Source of the DNA: the human T2T-CHM13v2.0 reference genome, Homo sapiens
Direction: 5' to 3' (one strand)
DNA length: 64,000 nucleotides
Assembly: GCF_009914755.1 (NCBI RefSeq)
Contig: NC_060925.1
Part shown: piece after piece, positions 44,001-56,319 of the stretch
Position numbering within the stretch: the first letter of the stretch is position 1
How the letters are laid out: every line of letters begins with the position of its first letter
The notes under the pieces: model-generated
The model's input: the letters and a program-made list of their open reading frames with translations, nothing else
Database searches by the model: none
What the model was told of the DNA's origin: nothing
Translations under genes and position numbers: made by a program

Positions 44001-46457
44001 CCATTCGAGTCCATTCGATGATAATTCCATTCGATTCTATGCAATGATTCCATTCCATTCCATTTGGAGATGGCTCCATTCGAGACCATTCGTTGATTGC
44101 ATTCAATTCATTCGATGACGATTCCATTCAATTCCGTTCAAGGCTTCCGTTATATTCCATTGGCGATGATTCCATTCGATTCCATTTGATGATGATTCCA
44201 TGCGATTCCATTAGATGATGACTCCTTTCATTTCCATTCAATGAGGATTCCATTCGGTTCCATTTGATGATGATTCCTTTGAATTCCGTTTGATGACAAT
44301 TCCATTCAATACCAATTGATGATGGTTATTTTTGATTCCATTTGATGATGATTACTTTCGATTCCATTTGATCATGATTCCATTCGATTCCACTCGATGA
44401 TTCCATTCAATGATGATTCCATTCGAGTTCATTGACTATTCCATTCCATTTCAATCGATGATTCCTTTCAAGTCCATTCGATGATTCTATTCGATTGCAT
44501 TCGATTATTCCATTCGATTGCATTCGATAATTCCATTCGATTCCATTTGAGGATAATTCCATTTGAGTCCATTCGATGATTGTTCCATTCGATTCTATTC
44601 GGTGATTCCATTCGATTCCATTTGATAATGATTCCATTCGAGACCATTCGATGATTCCATTCAATTCCATTCAATAATGATTCCATTCGAGTCCATTCAA
44701 TGATTCCATTCAAGTCCATTCGATGATTCCATCTGATTCCATTCAATGAATCCACTCGATTCCATTCTATGATGATTCCATTCATTTCCATCTGATGATG
44801 ATTCCATTCGATTCCATTCAATGATTCCATTCGATTCCATTTGATGAGGATTTCAATCAATTTCATTCGATGATTCCATTCGAATCCATTCGATGATGAG
44901 TCCATCCATTTCAATTTCATGATAATTCCATTCGTTTCAATTCGATGGAGTTTCCATTCGATTCCATTCGATGTTGATTCCATTAGTTTCCATTGGATGA
45001 TGATTCCATTCGAGTCCATTCGATGATGATCACAATGGATTTCATTCCATAATTCTATTCGATTCCATTTGATGATGACTCCATCTGATTCCATTTGATG
45101 ATTCCATTCGTTTCCATCCGATGATGATTCCATTCGATTCCGTTCAATGATTATTCCATTCGATTCCGTTCAATGATTATTCCATTCGAGTCCATTCTAT
45201 GATTCCATTCGATTCCATTCGATGATGATTGCATTCGAGTCCATGGATTCTTCCATTCCATTCCATTGGATGATTCCATTCGAGTCCATTCGATGATTCT
45301 CTTCGATTCCATTCCATAATTCCGTTTGATTCCGTGTGATGTTGATTCCATTCGAGTCCATTCGATTATAATTCCATTCGATTCTATGCGATGATTCCAT
45401 TCCATTCCATTTGGAGGTGGTTCCATTCGAGACCATTCGTTGATTGCATTCAATTCATTCGATGACGATTCCATTCAATTCCGTTCAATGCTTCCATTCG
45501 ATTCCATTTGATGATGATTCCATGCGATTCCATTAGATGATGACTCCTTTCATTTCCATTCAATGAGGATTCCATTCGGTTCCATTTGATGATGATTCCT
45601 TTGAATTCCATTTGATGACAATTCCATTCAATACCAATTGATGATGTTTATTTTTGATTCCATTTGATGACGATTACATTCGATTCCATTTGATCATGAT
45701 TCCATTCGATTCCACTCGATGATTCCATTCGATTCCATTCAATGATTATTCCATTTGAGTCGATTCGATGACTCCATTCGATTGTATTCGATGGTGATTG
45801 AATTCGAGTCCATGGATTAATCCATTGCATTCCATTCGATGATTCCATTCGAGTCCATTCGATGATTCTATTCGATTGCATTCGATAATTCCATTCGATT
45901 GCATTCGATAAATCCATTTGATGCCATTTGAGGATATTTCCATTTGAGTCCATTCGATGATTGTTCCATTCGATTCTATTCGGTGATTCCATTCGACTTC
46001 ATTTGATAATGATTCCATTCGAGACCATTCGATGATTCTATTCAATTCCATTCAATAATGTTTCCATTCTAGTCCATTCAACGATTCCATTCAAGCCCAT
46101 TCGATGATTCCATCTGATTCCATTCAATGAATCCATGTGATTCCATTCTATGATGATTCCATTCATTCCCATCTGATGATGATTCCATTCGATTCCATTC
46201 AATGATTCCTTTCGATTCCATTTGATGATGATTTCAATCAATTTCATTCGATGATTCCATTAGAATCCATTCGATGATGAGTCCATCCATTTCAATTTCA
46301 TGATAATTCCATTCGTTTCAATTCGATGGTGTTTCCATTCGATTCCATTCGATGTTGATTCCATTAGTTTCCATTGGATGATGATTCCATTCGAGTCCAT
46401 TCGATGATGATCACAATGGATTTCATTCCATAATTCTATTCGATTCCATTTGATGAT

Positions 46458-48130
46458 GACTCCTTGCGATTCCATTAGATGATGACTCCTTTCATTTCCA
46501 TTCGATGATGATTCCATTCGTTTCCATTTGACGATGATTCCATTTAATTCCGTTCAATGATTATTCCATTCGAATCCATTCGATGATTCCATTCGATTCT
46601 ATTCGAGGATGATTGCATTCGGGTCCATGGATTATTCCATTCCATTCCATTAGATGATTCCATTCGTGGCCATTCAAAGATTCTCTTCGATTCCATTCGA
46701 TAATTCCGTTTTTTTCCGTTTGATGTTGATACCATTCGATTCCATTCGATGATAATTCCATTCGATTCTATGCGATGATTCCATTCCATTCCATTGGAAG
46801 ATGATTCCATTCGAGACCATTCGATGATTGCATTCAATTCATTTGATGACTATTCCATTCAATTCCGTTCAATGATTCCATTTGATTCCATTTGATGTTG
46901 ATTCCATTCGACTCCATTTTATGATGATTCCATGCAATTCCATTAGATGATGACTCCTTTCATTTCCATTCGATGATGATTCCATTCGTTTCCATCCGAT
47001 GATGATTCCATTGATTCCGTTTGATGTTGATTCCATTCGAGTCCATTCAATGACAATTCCATTCGATTCTATGTGATGATTCCATTCATTTCCATTTGAA
47101 GATGATTCCATTCGAGACCATTCGATGATTGCATTCAATTCATTCGATGACGATTCCATTCAATTCCATTCAATGATTTCATTAGATTCCATTTGATGAT
47201 GATTCCATTCGATTCCATTTGATATTGATTCCATGCGATTCCATTAGATGATGACTCCTTTCATTTCCATTCAATGAGGATTCCATTCGGTTCCATTTGA
47301 TGATGATTCCCTTGAATTCCATTTGATGACAATTCCATTCAATACCAATTGATGATGGTTATTTTTGATTCCATTTGATGATGATTACATTCGACTCCAT
47401 TTGATCATGATTACATTCGATTCCACTCGATGATTCCATTCGATTCCATTCAATGATGATTTCATTCGTGTTCATTGACTATTCCATTCCATTCCATTCG
47501 ATGATTCCATTCGAGTCCATTCGATGATTCTATTCGATTACATTCCATAATTCCATTCGATTGCATTCGATAATTCCATTCGATTCCATTTGAGGATAAT
47601 TCCATTTGAGTCCATTCGATGATTGTTCCATTCGATTCTATTCGGTGATTCCATTCGATTCCATTTGATAATGATTCCATTCGTGTCCATTCAATGATTC
47701 CATTCACGTCCATTCGATGATTCCATCTGATTCCATTCAATGAATCCATTCGATTCCATTCTATGATGATTCCATTCATTTCCACCTGGTGATGATTCCA
47801 TTCGTTTGCATTCAATGATTCCATTCGATTCCATTTGATGATGATTTCAATCAATTTCATTCGATGATTCCATTCGAATCCATTCGATGATGAGTCCATC
47901 CATTTCAATTTCATGATAATTCCATTCGTTTCAATTCGATGGTGTTTCCATTCGATTCCATTCGATGATGATACCATTAGTTTCCATTGGATGATGATTC
48001 CGTTCGAGTCCATTCGATGATGATCACATTGGATTTCATTCCATAATTCTATTCGGTTCCATTTGATGATGATTCCATCTGATTCCATTTGATGGTTCCA
48101 TTCGTTTCCATCCGATGATGATTCTATTCG
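46458..48130 (+). repeat. Divergent HSat2 variant island (different, longer unit type)
   Basis: Contains motifs absent from the other units: ttccgtttttttccgttt, cgtggccattcaaaga, ggattattcc, ccattggaagatg, tttgaagatg, ccacctggtg, cgtttgcattc, cattcacgtcc. It has ~300 bp of extra sequence, and landmark spacings here are 1711 and 1283 bp. Confidence 0.85.
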
Positions 48131-48628
48131 ATTCCATTCAATGATTATTCCATTCGAGTCCATTCAATGATTCCATTCGATTCCATTCGATGATGATTGC
48201 ATTCGAGACCATGGATTCTTCCATTCCATTCCATTAGATGATTCCATTCGAGTCCGTTCGATGATTCTCTTCGATTCCATTCGATAATTCCGTTTGATTC
48301 CGTTTGATGTTGATTCCATTCGAGTCCATTCGATTATAATTCCATTCGATTCTATGCGATGATTCCATTCCATTCCATTTGGAGGTGGTTCCATTCGAGA
48401 CCATTCGTTGATTGCATTCAATTCATTCGATGACGATTCCATTCAATTCCGTTCAGTGATTTCATTAGATTTCATTTGATGATGGTTCCATTCGATTCCA
48501 TTTGATGATGATTCCATGCGATTCCATTAGATGATGACTCCTTTCATTTCCATTCAATGAGGATTCCATTCGGTTCCATTTGATGATGATTCCTTTGAAT
48601 TCCATTTGATGACAATTCCATTCAATAC

Positions 48629-50067
48629 CAATTGATGATGTTTATTTTTGATTCCATTTGATGATGATTACATTCGATTCCATTTGATCATGATTCCATT
48701 CGATTCCACTCGATGATTCCATTCGATTCCATTCAATGATTATTCCATTTGAGTCGATTCGATGACTCCATTCGATTGTATTCGATGGTGATTGAATTCG
48801 AGTCCATGGATTAATCCATTGCATTCAACTCGACGATTCCATTCGATTCCACTCGATGATTCCATTCAATGATGATTCCATTCGAGTTCATTGACTATTC
48901 CATTCCATTTCAATCGATGATTCCTTTCAAGTCCATTCGATGATTCTATTCGATTGCATTCGATTATTCCATTCGATTGCATTCGATAATTCCATTCGAT
49001 TCCATTTGAGGATAATTCCATTTGAGTCCATTCGATGATTGTTCCATTCGATTCTATTCGGTGATTCCATTCGATTCCATTTGATAATGATTCCATTCGA
49101 GACCATTCGATGATTCCATTCAATTCCATTCAATAATGACTCCATTCGATTCCATTCAATGATTCCATTCAAGTCCAGTCGATGATTCCATCTGATTCCA
49201 TTCAATGAATCCACTCGATTCCATTCTATGATGATTCCATTCATTTCCATCTGATGATGATTCCATTCGATTCCATTCAATGATTCCATTCGATTCCATT
49301 TGATGATGATTTCAATCAATTTCATTCGATGATTCCATTCGAATCCATTCGATGATGAGTCCATCCATTTCAATTTCATGATAATTCCATTCGTTTCAAT
49401 TCGATGGAGTTTCCATTCGATTCCATTCGATGATGATTCCATTAGTTTCCATTGGATGATGATTCCATTCGAGTCCATTCGATGATGATCACAATGGATT
49501 TCATTCCATAATTCTATTTGATTCCATTTGTTGATGATTCCATCTGATTCCATTTGATGATTCCATTCGTTTCCATCAGATGATGATTCCATTCGATTCC
49601 ATTCAATGATTATTCCATTCGAGTCCATTCAATGATTCCATTCGATTCCATTCGATGCTGATTGCATTCGAGACCATGGATTCTTCCATTCCATTCCATT
49701 AGATGATTCCATTCGAGTCCATTCGATGATTCTCTTCGATTCCATTCGATAATTCCGTTTGATTCCGTTTGATGTTGATTCCATTCGAGTCCATTCGATT
49801 ATAATTCCATTCGATTCTATGCGATGATTCCATTCCATTCCATTTGGAGGTGGTTCCATTCGAGACCATTCGTTGATTGCATTCAATTCATTCGATGACG
49901 ATTCCATTCAATTCCATTCAATGATTCCATTCGATTCCATTTGATGATGATTCCATGCGATTCCATTAGATGATGACTCCTTTCATTTCCATTCAATGAG
50001 GATTCCGTTCGGTTCCATTTGATGATGATTCCTTTGAATTCCATTTGATGACAATTCCATTCAATAC
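48629..50067 (+). repeat. Chimeric A/B monomer (1439 bp)
   Basis: The A head runs to 'ggattaatccattgcattc' (~48826), followed by the junction 'aactcgacg', then restarts at 'attccattcgattccactcg' and continues as a B unit (ttcattgactattcc). Confidence 0.85.
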
Positions 50068-52974
50068 CAATTGAGGATGTTTATTTTTGATTCCATTTGA
50101 TGACGATTACATTCGATTCCATTTGATCATGATTCCATTCGATTCCACTCGATGATTTCATTCGATTCCATTCAATGATTATTCCATTTGAGTCGATTCG
50201 ATGACTCCATTCGATTGTATTCGATGGTGATTGAATTCGAGTCCATGGATTAATCCATTGCATTCCATTCGATGATTCCATTCGAGTCCATTCGATGATT
50301 CTATTCGATTGCATTCGATAATTCCATTCGATTGCATTCGATAAATCCATTTGATGCCATTTGCGGATAATTCCATTTGAGTCCATTCGATGATTGTTCC
50401 ATTCGATTCTATTCGGTGATTCCATTCGACTTCATTTGATAATGATTCCATTCGAGACCATTCGATGATTCTATTCAATTCCATTCAATAATGATTCCAT
50501 TCTAGTCCATTCAACGATTCCATTCAAGCCCATTCGATGATTCCATTTGATTCCATTGAATGAATCCATGCGATTCCATTCTATGATGATTCCATTCATT
50601 TCCATCTGATGATGATTCCATTCGCTTCCATTCAATGATTCCTTTCGATTCCATTTGATGATGATTTCAATCAATTTCATTCGATGATTCCATTCGAATC
50701 CATTCGATGATGAGTCCATCCATTTCAATTTCATGATAATTCCATTCGTTTCAATTCGATGGTGTTTCCATTCGATTCCATTCGATGTTGATTCCATTAG
50801 TTTCCATTGGATGATGATTCCATTCGAGTCCATTCAATGATGATCACATTGGATTTCATTCCATAATTCTATTCGATTCCATTTGATGATGATTCCATCT
50901 GATTCCATTTGATGATCCCATTCGATTCCATTCGATGATGATTCCATTCGTTACCATCCGATGATGATTCATTCGATTCCGTTCAATGATTATTCCATTC
51001 GAGTCCATTCGATGATTCCATTCGATTCCATTCGATGATGATTGCATTCGAGACCATGGATTCTTCAATTCCATTCCATTAGATGATTCCATTCGAGTCC
51101 ATTCGATGATTCTCTTCGATTCCATTCGATAATTCCGTTTGATTCTGTTTGATGTTGATTCCATTCGAGTCCATTCGATGATAATTCCATTCGATTCTAT
51201 GCGATGATTCCATTCCTTTCCATTTGGAGGTTGTTCCATTCGAGACCATTCGTTGATTGCATTCAATTCATTCGATGACGATTCCATTCAATTCCGTTCA
51301 ATGATTCCATTAGACTCCATTTGATGATGATTCCATTCGATTCCATTTGATGATGATTCCATGCGATTCCATTAGATGATGACTCCTTTCATTTCCATTC
51401 AATGAGGATTCCATTCGGTTCCATTTGATGATGATTCCTTTGAATTCCATTTGATGACAATTCCATTCAATACCAATTGATGATGTTTATTTTTGATTCC
51501 ATTTGATGATGATTATATTCGATTCCATTTGATCATGATTCCATTCGATTCCACTCGATGATTCCATTCAATGATGATTCCATTCGAGTTCATTGACTAT
51601 TCCATTCCATTTCAATCGATGATTCCTTTCAAGTCCATTCGATGATTCTATTCGATTGCATTCGATTATTCCATTCGATTGCATTCGATAATTCCATTCG
51701 ATTCCATTTGAGGATAATTCCATTTGAGTCCATTCGATGATTGTTCCATTCGATTCTATTCGGTGATTCCATTCGATTCCATTTGATAATGATTCCATTC
51801 GAGACCATTCGATGATTCCATTCAATTCCATTCAATAATGATTCCATTCGATTCCATTCAATGATTCCATTCAAGTCCATTCGATGATTCCATCTGATTC
51901 CATTCAATGAATCCACTCGATTCCATTCTATGATGATTCCATTCATTTCCATCTGATGATGATTCCATTCGATTCCATTCAATGATTCCATTCGATTCCA
52001 TTTGATGATGATTTCAATCAATTTCATTCGATGATTCCATTCGAATCCATTCGATGATGAGCCCATCCATTTCAATTTCATGGTAATTCCATTCGTTTCA
52101 ATTCGATGGAGTTTCCATTCGATTCCATTCGATGTTGATTCCATTAGTTTCCATTGGATGATGATTCCATTCGAGTCCATTCGATGATGATCACAATGGA
52201 TTTCATTCCATAATTCTATTTGATTCCATTTGATGATGATTCCATCTGATTCCATTTGATGATTCCATTCGTTTCCATCCGATGATGATTCCATTCGATT
52301 CCATTCAATGATTATTCCATTCGAGTCCATTCGATGATTCCATTCGATTCCATTCGATGATGATTGCATTCGAGACCATGGATTCTTCCATTCCATTCCA
52401 TTAGATGATTCCATTCGAGTCCATTCGATGATTCTCTTCGATTCCATTCGATAATTCCGTTTGATTCCGTTTGATGTTGATTCCATTCGAGTCCATTCGA
52501 TTATAATTCCATTCGATTCTATGCGATGATTCCATTCCATTCCATTTGGAGGTGGTTCCATTCGAGACCATTCGTTGATTGCATTCAATTCATTCGATGA
52601 CGATTCCATTCAATTCCGTTCAATGATTCCATTCGATTCCATTTGATGATGATTCCATGCGATTCCATTAGATGATGACTCCTTTCATTTCCATTCAATG
52701 AGGATTCCATTCGGTTCCATTTGATGATGATTCCTTTGAATTCCATTTGATGACAATTCCATTCAATACCAATTGATGATGTTTATTTTTGATTCCATTT
52801 GATGACGATTACATTCGATTCCATTTGATCATGATTCCATTCGATTCCACTCGATGATTCCATTCGATTCCATTCAATGATTATTCCATTTGAGTCGGTT
52901 CGATGACTCCATTCGATTGTATTCGATGGTGATTGAATTCGAGTCCATGGATTAATCCATTGCATTCCATTCGA

Positions 52975-54600
52975 TGATTCCATTCGAGTCCATTCGATGA
53001 TTCTATTCCATTGCATTCGATAATTCCATTCGATTGCATTCGATAAATCCATTTGATGCCATTTGCGGATAATTCCATTTGAGTCCATTCGATGATTGTT
53101 CCATTCGATTCTATTCGGTGATTCCATTCGACTTCATTTGATAATGATTCCATTCGAGACCATTCGATGATTCTATTCAATTCCATTCAATAATGATTCC
53201 ATTCTAGTCCATTCAACGATTCCATTCAAGCCCATTCGATGATTCCATCTGATTCCATTGAATGAATCCATGCGATTCCATTCTATGATGATTCCATTCA
53301 TTTCCATCTGATGATGATTCCATTCGATTCCATTCAATGATTCCTTTCGATTCCATTTGATGATGATTTCAATCAATTTCATTCGATGATTCCATTCGAA
53401 TCCATTCGATGATGAGTCCATCCATTTCAATTTCATGATAATTCCATTCGTTTCAATTCGATGGTGTTTCCATTCGATTCCATTCGATGTTGATTCCATT
53501 AGTTTCCATTGGATGATGATTCCATTCGAGTCCATTCAATGATGATCACTTTGGATTTCATTCCATAATTCTATTCGATTCCATTTGATGATGATTCCAT
53601 CTGATTCCATTTGATGATCCCATTCGATTCCATTCGATGATGATTCCATTCGTTACCATCCGATGATGATTCATTCGATTCCGTTCAATGATTATTCCAT
53701 TCGAGTCCATTCGATGATTCCATTGGATTCCATTCGGTGATGATTGCATTCGAGACCATGGATTCTTCCATTCCATTCCATTAGATGATTCCATTCGAGT
53801 CCATTCGATGATTCTATTCGATTGCATTCGATAATTCCATTCGATTGCATTCGATGAATCCATTTGATTCCATTTGAGGATAATTCCATTTGAGTCCATT
53901 CGATGATTGTTCCATTCGATTCTATTCGGTGATTCCATTCGACTTCATTTGATAATGATTCCATTCGAGACCACTCGATGATTCTATTCAATTCCATTCA
54001 ATAATGATTCCATTCGAGTCCATTCAACGATTCCATTCAAGTCCATTCGATGATTCCATCTGATTCCATTCAATGAATCTATGCGATTCCATTCTATGAT
54101 GATTCCATTCATTTCCATCTGATGATGATTCCATTCGATTCCATTCAATGATTCCATTCGATTCCATTTGATGATGATTTCAATCAATTTCATTCGATGA
54201 TTCCATTCGAATCCATTCGATGATGAGTCCATCCATTTCCATTTCATGATAATTCCATTCGTTTCAATTCGATGGAGTTTCCATTCGATTCCATTCGATG
54301 TTGATTCCATTAGTTTCCATTGGATGATGATTCCATTCGAGTCCATTCGATGATGATCACAATGGATTTCATTCCATAATTCTATTCGATTCCATTTGAT
54401 GATGATTCCATCTGATTCCATTTGATGATTCCATTCGTTTCCATCCGATGATGATTCCATTCGATTCCGTTCAATGATTATTCCATTCGAGTCCATTCGA
54501 TGATTCCATTCGATTCCATTCGATGATGATTGCATTCGAGTCCATGGATTCTTCCATTCCATTCCATTAGATGATTCCATTCGATTCCGTTCGATGATTC
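52975..54600 (+). repeat. 811-bp internal duplication within an A monomer (unit length 2192 bp)
   Basis: At ~53785-53815 the sequence switches from the unit's distal segment (ggattcttcc...cattagatg) back to the proximal segment (gattctattcgattgc). ORF ends 52881/53692 and 53173/53984 both differ by 811. Confidence 0.85.
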
Positions 54601-56163
54601 TCTTCGAATCCATTCGATAATTCCGTTTGATTCCGTTTGATGTTGATTCCATTCGAGTCCATTCGATGATAATTCCATTCGATTCTATGCGATGATTCCA
54701 TTCCATTCCATTTGGAGGTGGTTCCATTCGAGATCATTCGTTGATTGCATTCAATTCATTCGGTGACGATTCCATTCAATTCCCTTCAATGATTCCATTA
54801 GATTCCATTTGATGATGATTCCATTCGATTCCATTTGATGATGATTCCATGCGATTCCATTAGAGGATGACTCCTTTCATTTCCATTCAATGAGGATTCC
54901 ATTCGGTTCCATTTGATGATGATTCCTTTGAATTCCGTTTGATGACAATTCCATTCTATACCAATTGATGATGGTTATTTTGATTCCATTTGATGATGAT
55001 TACTTTCGATTCCATTTGATCATGATTCCATTCGATTCCACTCTATGATTCCATTCAATGATGATTCCATTCGAGTTCATTGACTATTCCATTCCATTTC
55101 AATCGATGATTCCTTTCAAGTCCATTCGATGATTCTATTCGATTGCATTCGATTATTCCATTCGATTGCATTCGATAATTCCATTCGATTCCATTTGAGG
55201 ATAATTCCATTTGAGTCCATTCGATGATTGTTCCATTCGATTCTATTCGGTGATTCCATTCGATTCCATTTGATAATGATTCCATTCGAGACCATTCGAT
55301 GATTCCATTCAATTCCATTCAATAATGATTCCATTCGAGTCCATTCAATGATTCCATTCAAGTCCATTCGATGATTCCATCTGATTCCATTCAATGAATC
55401 CACTCGATTCCATTCTATGATGATTCCATTCATTTCCATCTGATGATGATTCCATTCGATTCCATTCAATGATTCCATTCGATTCCATTTGATGAGAATT
55501 TCAATCAATTTCATTCGATGATTCCATTCGAATCCATTCGATGATGAGTCGATCCATTTCAATTTCATGATAATTCCATTCGTTTCAATTCGATGGAGTT
55601 TCCATTCGATTCCATTCGATGTTGATTCCATTAGTTTCCATTGGATGATGATTCCATTCGAGTCCATTCGATGATGATCACAATGGATTTCATTCCATAA
55701 TTCTATTCGATTCCATTTGATGATGATTCCATCTGATTCCATTTGATGATTCCATTCGTTTCCATCCGATGATGATTCCACTCGATTCCATTCAATGATT
55801 ATTCCATTCGAGTCCATTCAATGATTCCATTCGATTCCATTCGATGATGATTGCATTCGAGACCATGGATTCTTCCATTCCATTCCATTAGATGATTCCA
55901 TTCGAGTCCATTCGATGATTCTCTTCGATTCCATTCGATAATTCCGTTTGATTCCGTTTGATGTTGATTCCATTCGAGTCCATTCGATTATAATTCCATT
56001 CGATTCAATGCGATGATTCCATTCCATTTCATTTGGAGGTGGTTCCATTCGAGACCATTCGTTGATTGCATTCAATTCATTCGAAGACGATTCCATTCAA
56101 TTCCGTTCAGTGATTCCATTAGATTCCATTTGATGATGATTCCATTCGATTCCATTTGATGAT

Positions 56164-56319
56164 GATTCCATGCGATTCCATTAGATGATGACTCCTTTCA
56201 TTTCCATTCAATGAGGATTCCATTCGGTTCCATTTGATGATGATTCCATGCGATTCCATTAGATGATGACTCCTTTCATTTCCATTCAATGAGGATTCCA
56301 TTCGGTTCCATTTGATGAT
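56164..56319 (+). repeat. 78-bp tandem duplication
   Basis: 'gattccatgcgattccattagatgatgactcctttcatttccattcaatgaggattccattcggttccatttgatgat' occurs twice, starting at 56164 and 56242. Confidence 0.9.

Noticed and set aside
46458-48130. Possible transposon or foreign insertion at the divergent island
   Set aside because: The sequence remains CATTC-based satellite in the same orientation. It has no target-site duplication, poly(A) tail, LTR or Alu/L1 similarity, and the T7 run is an internal satellite variant.
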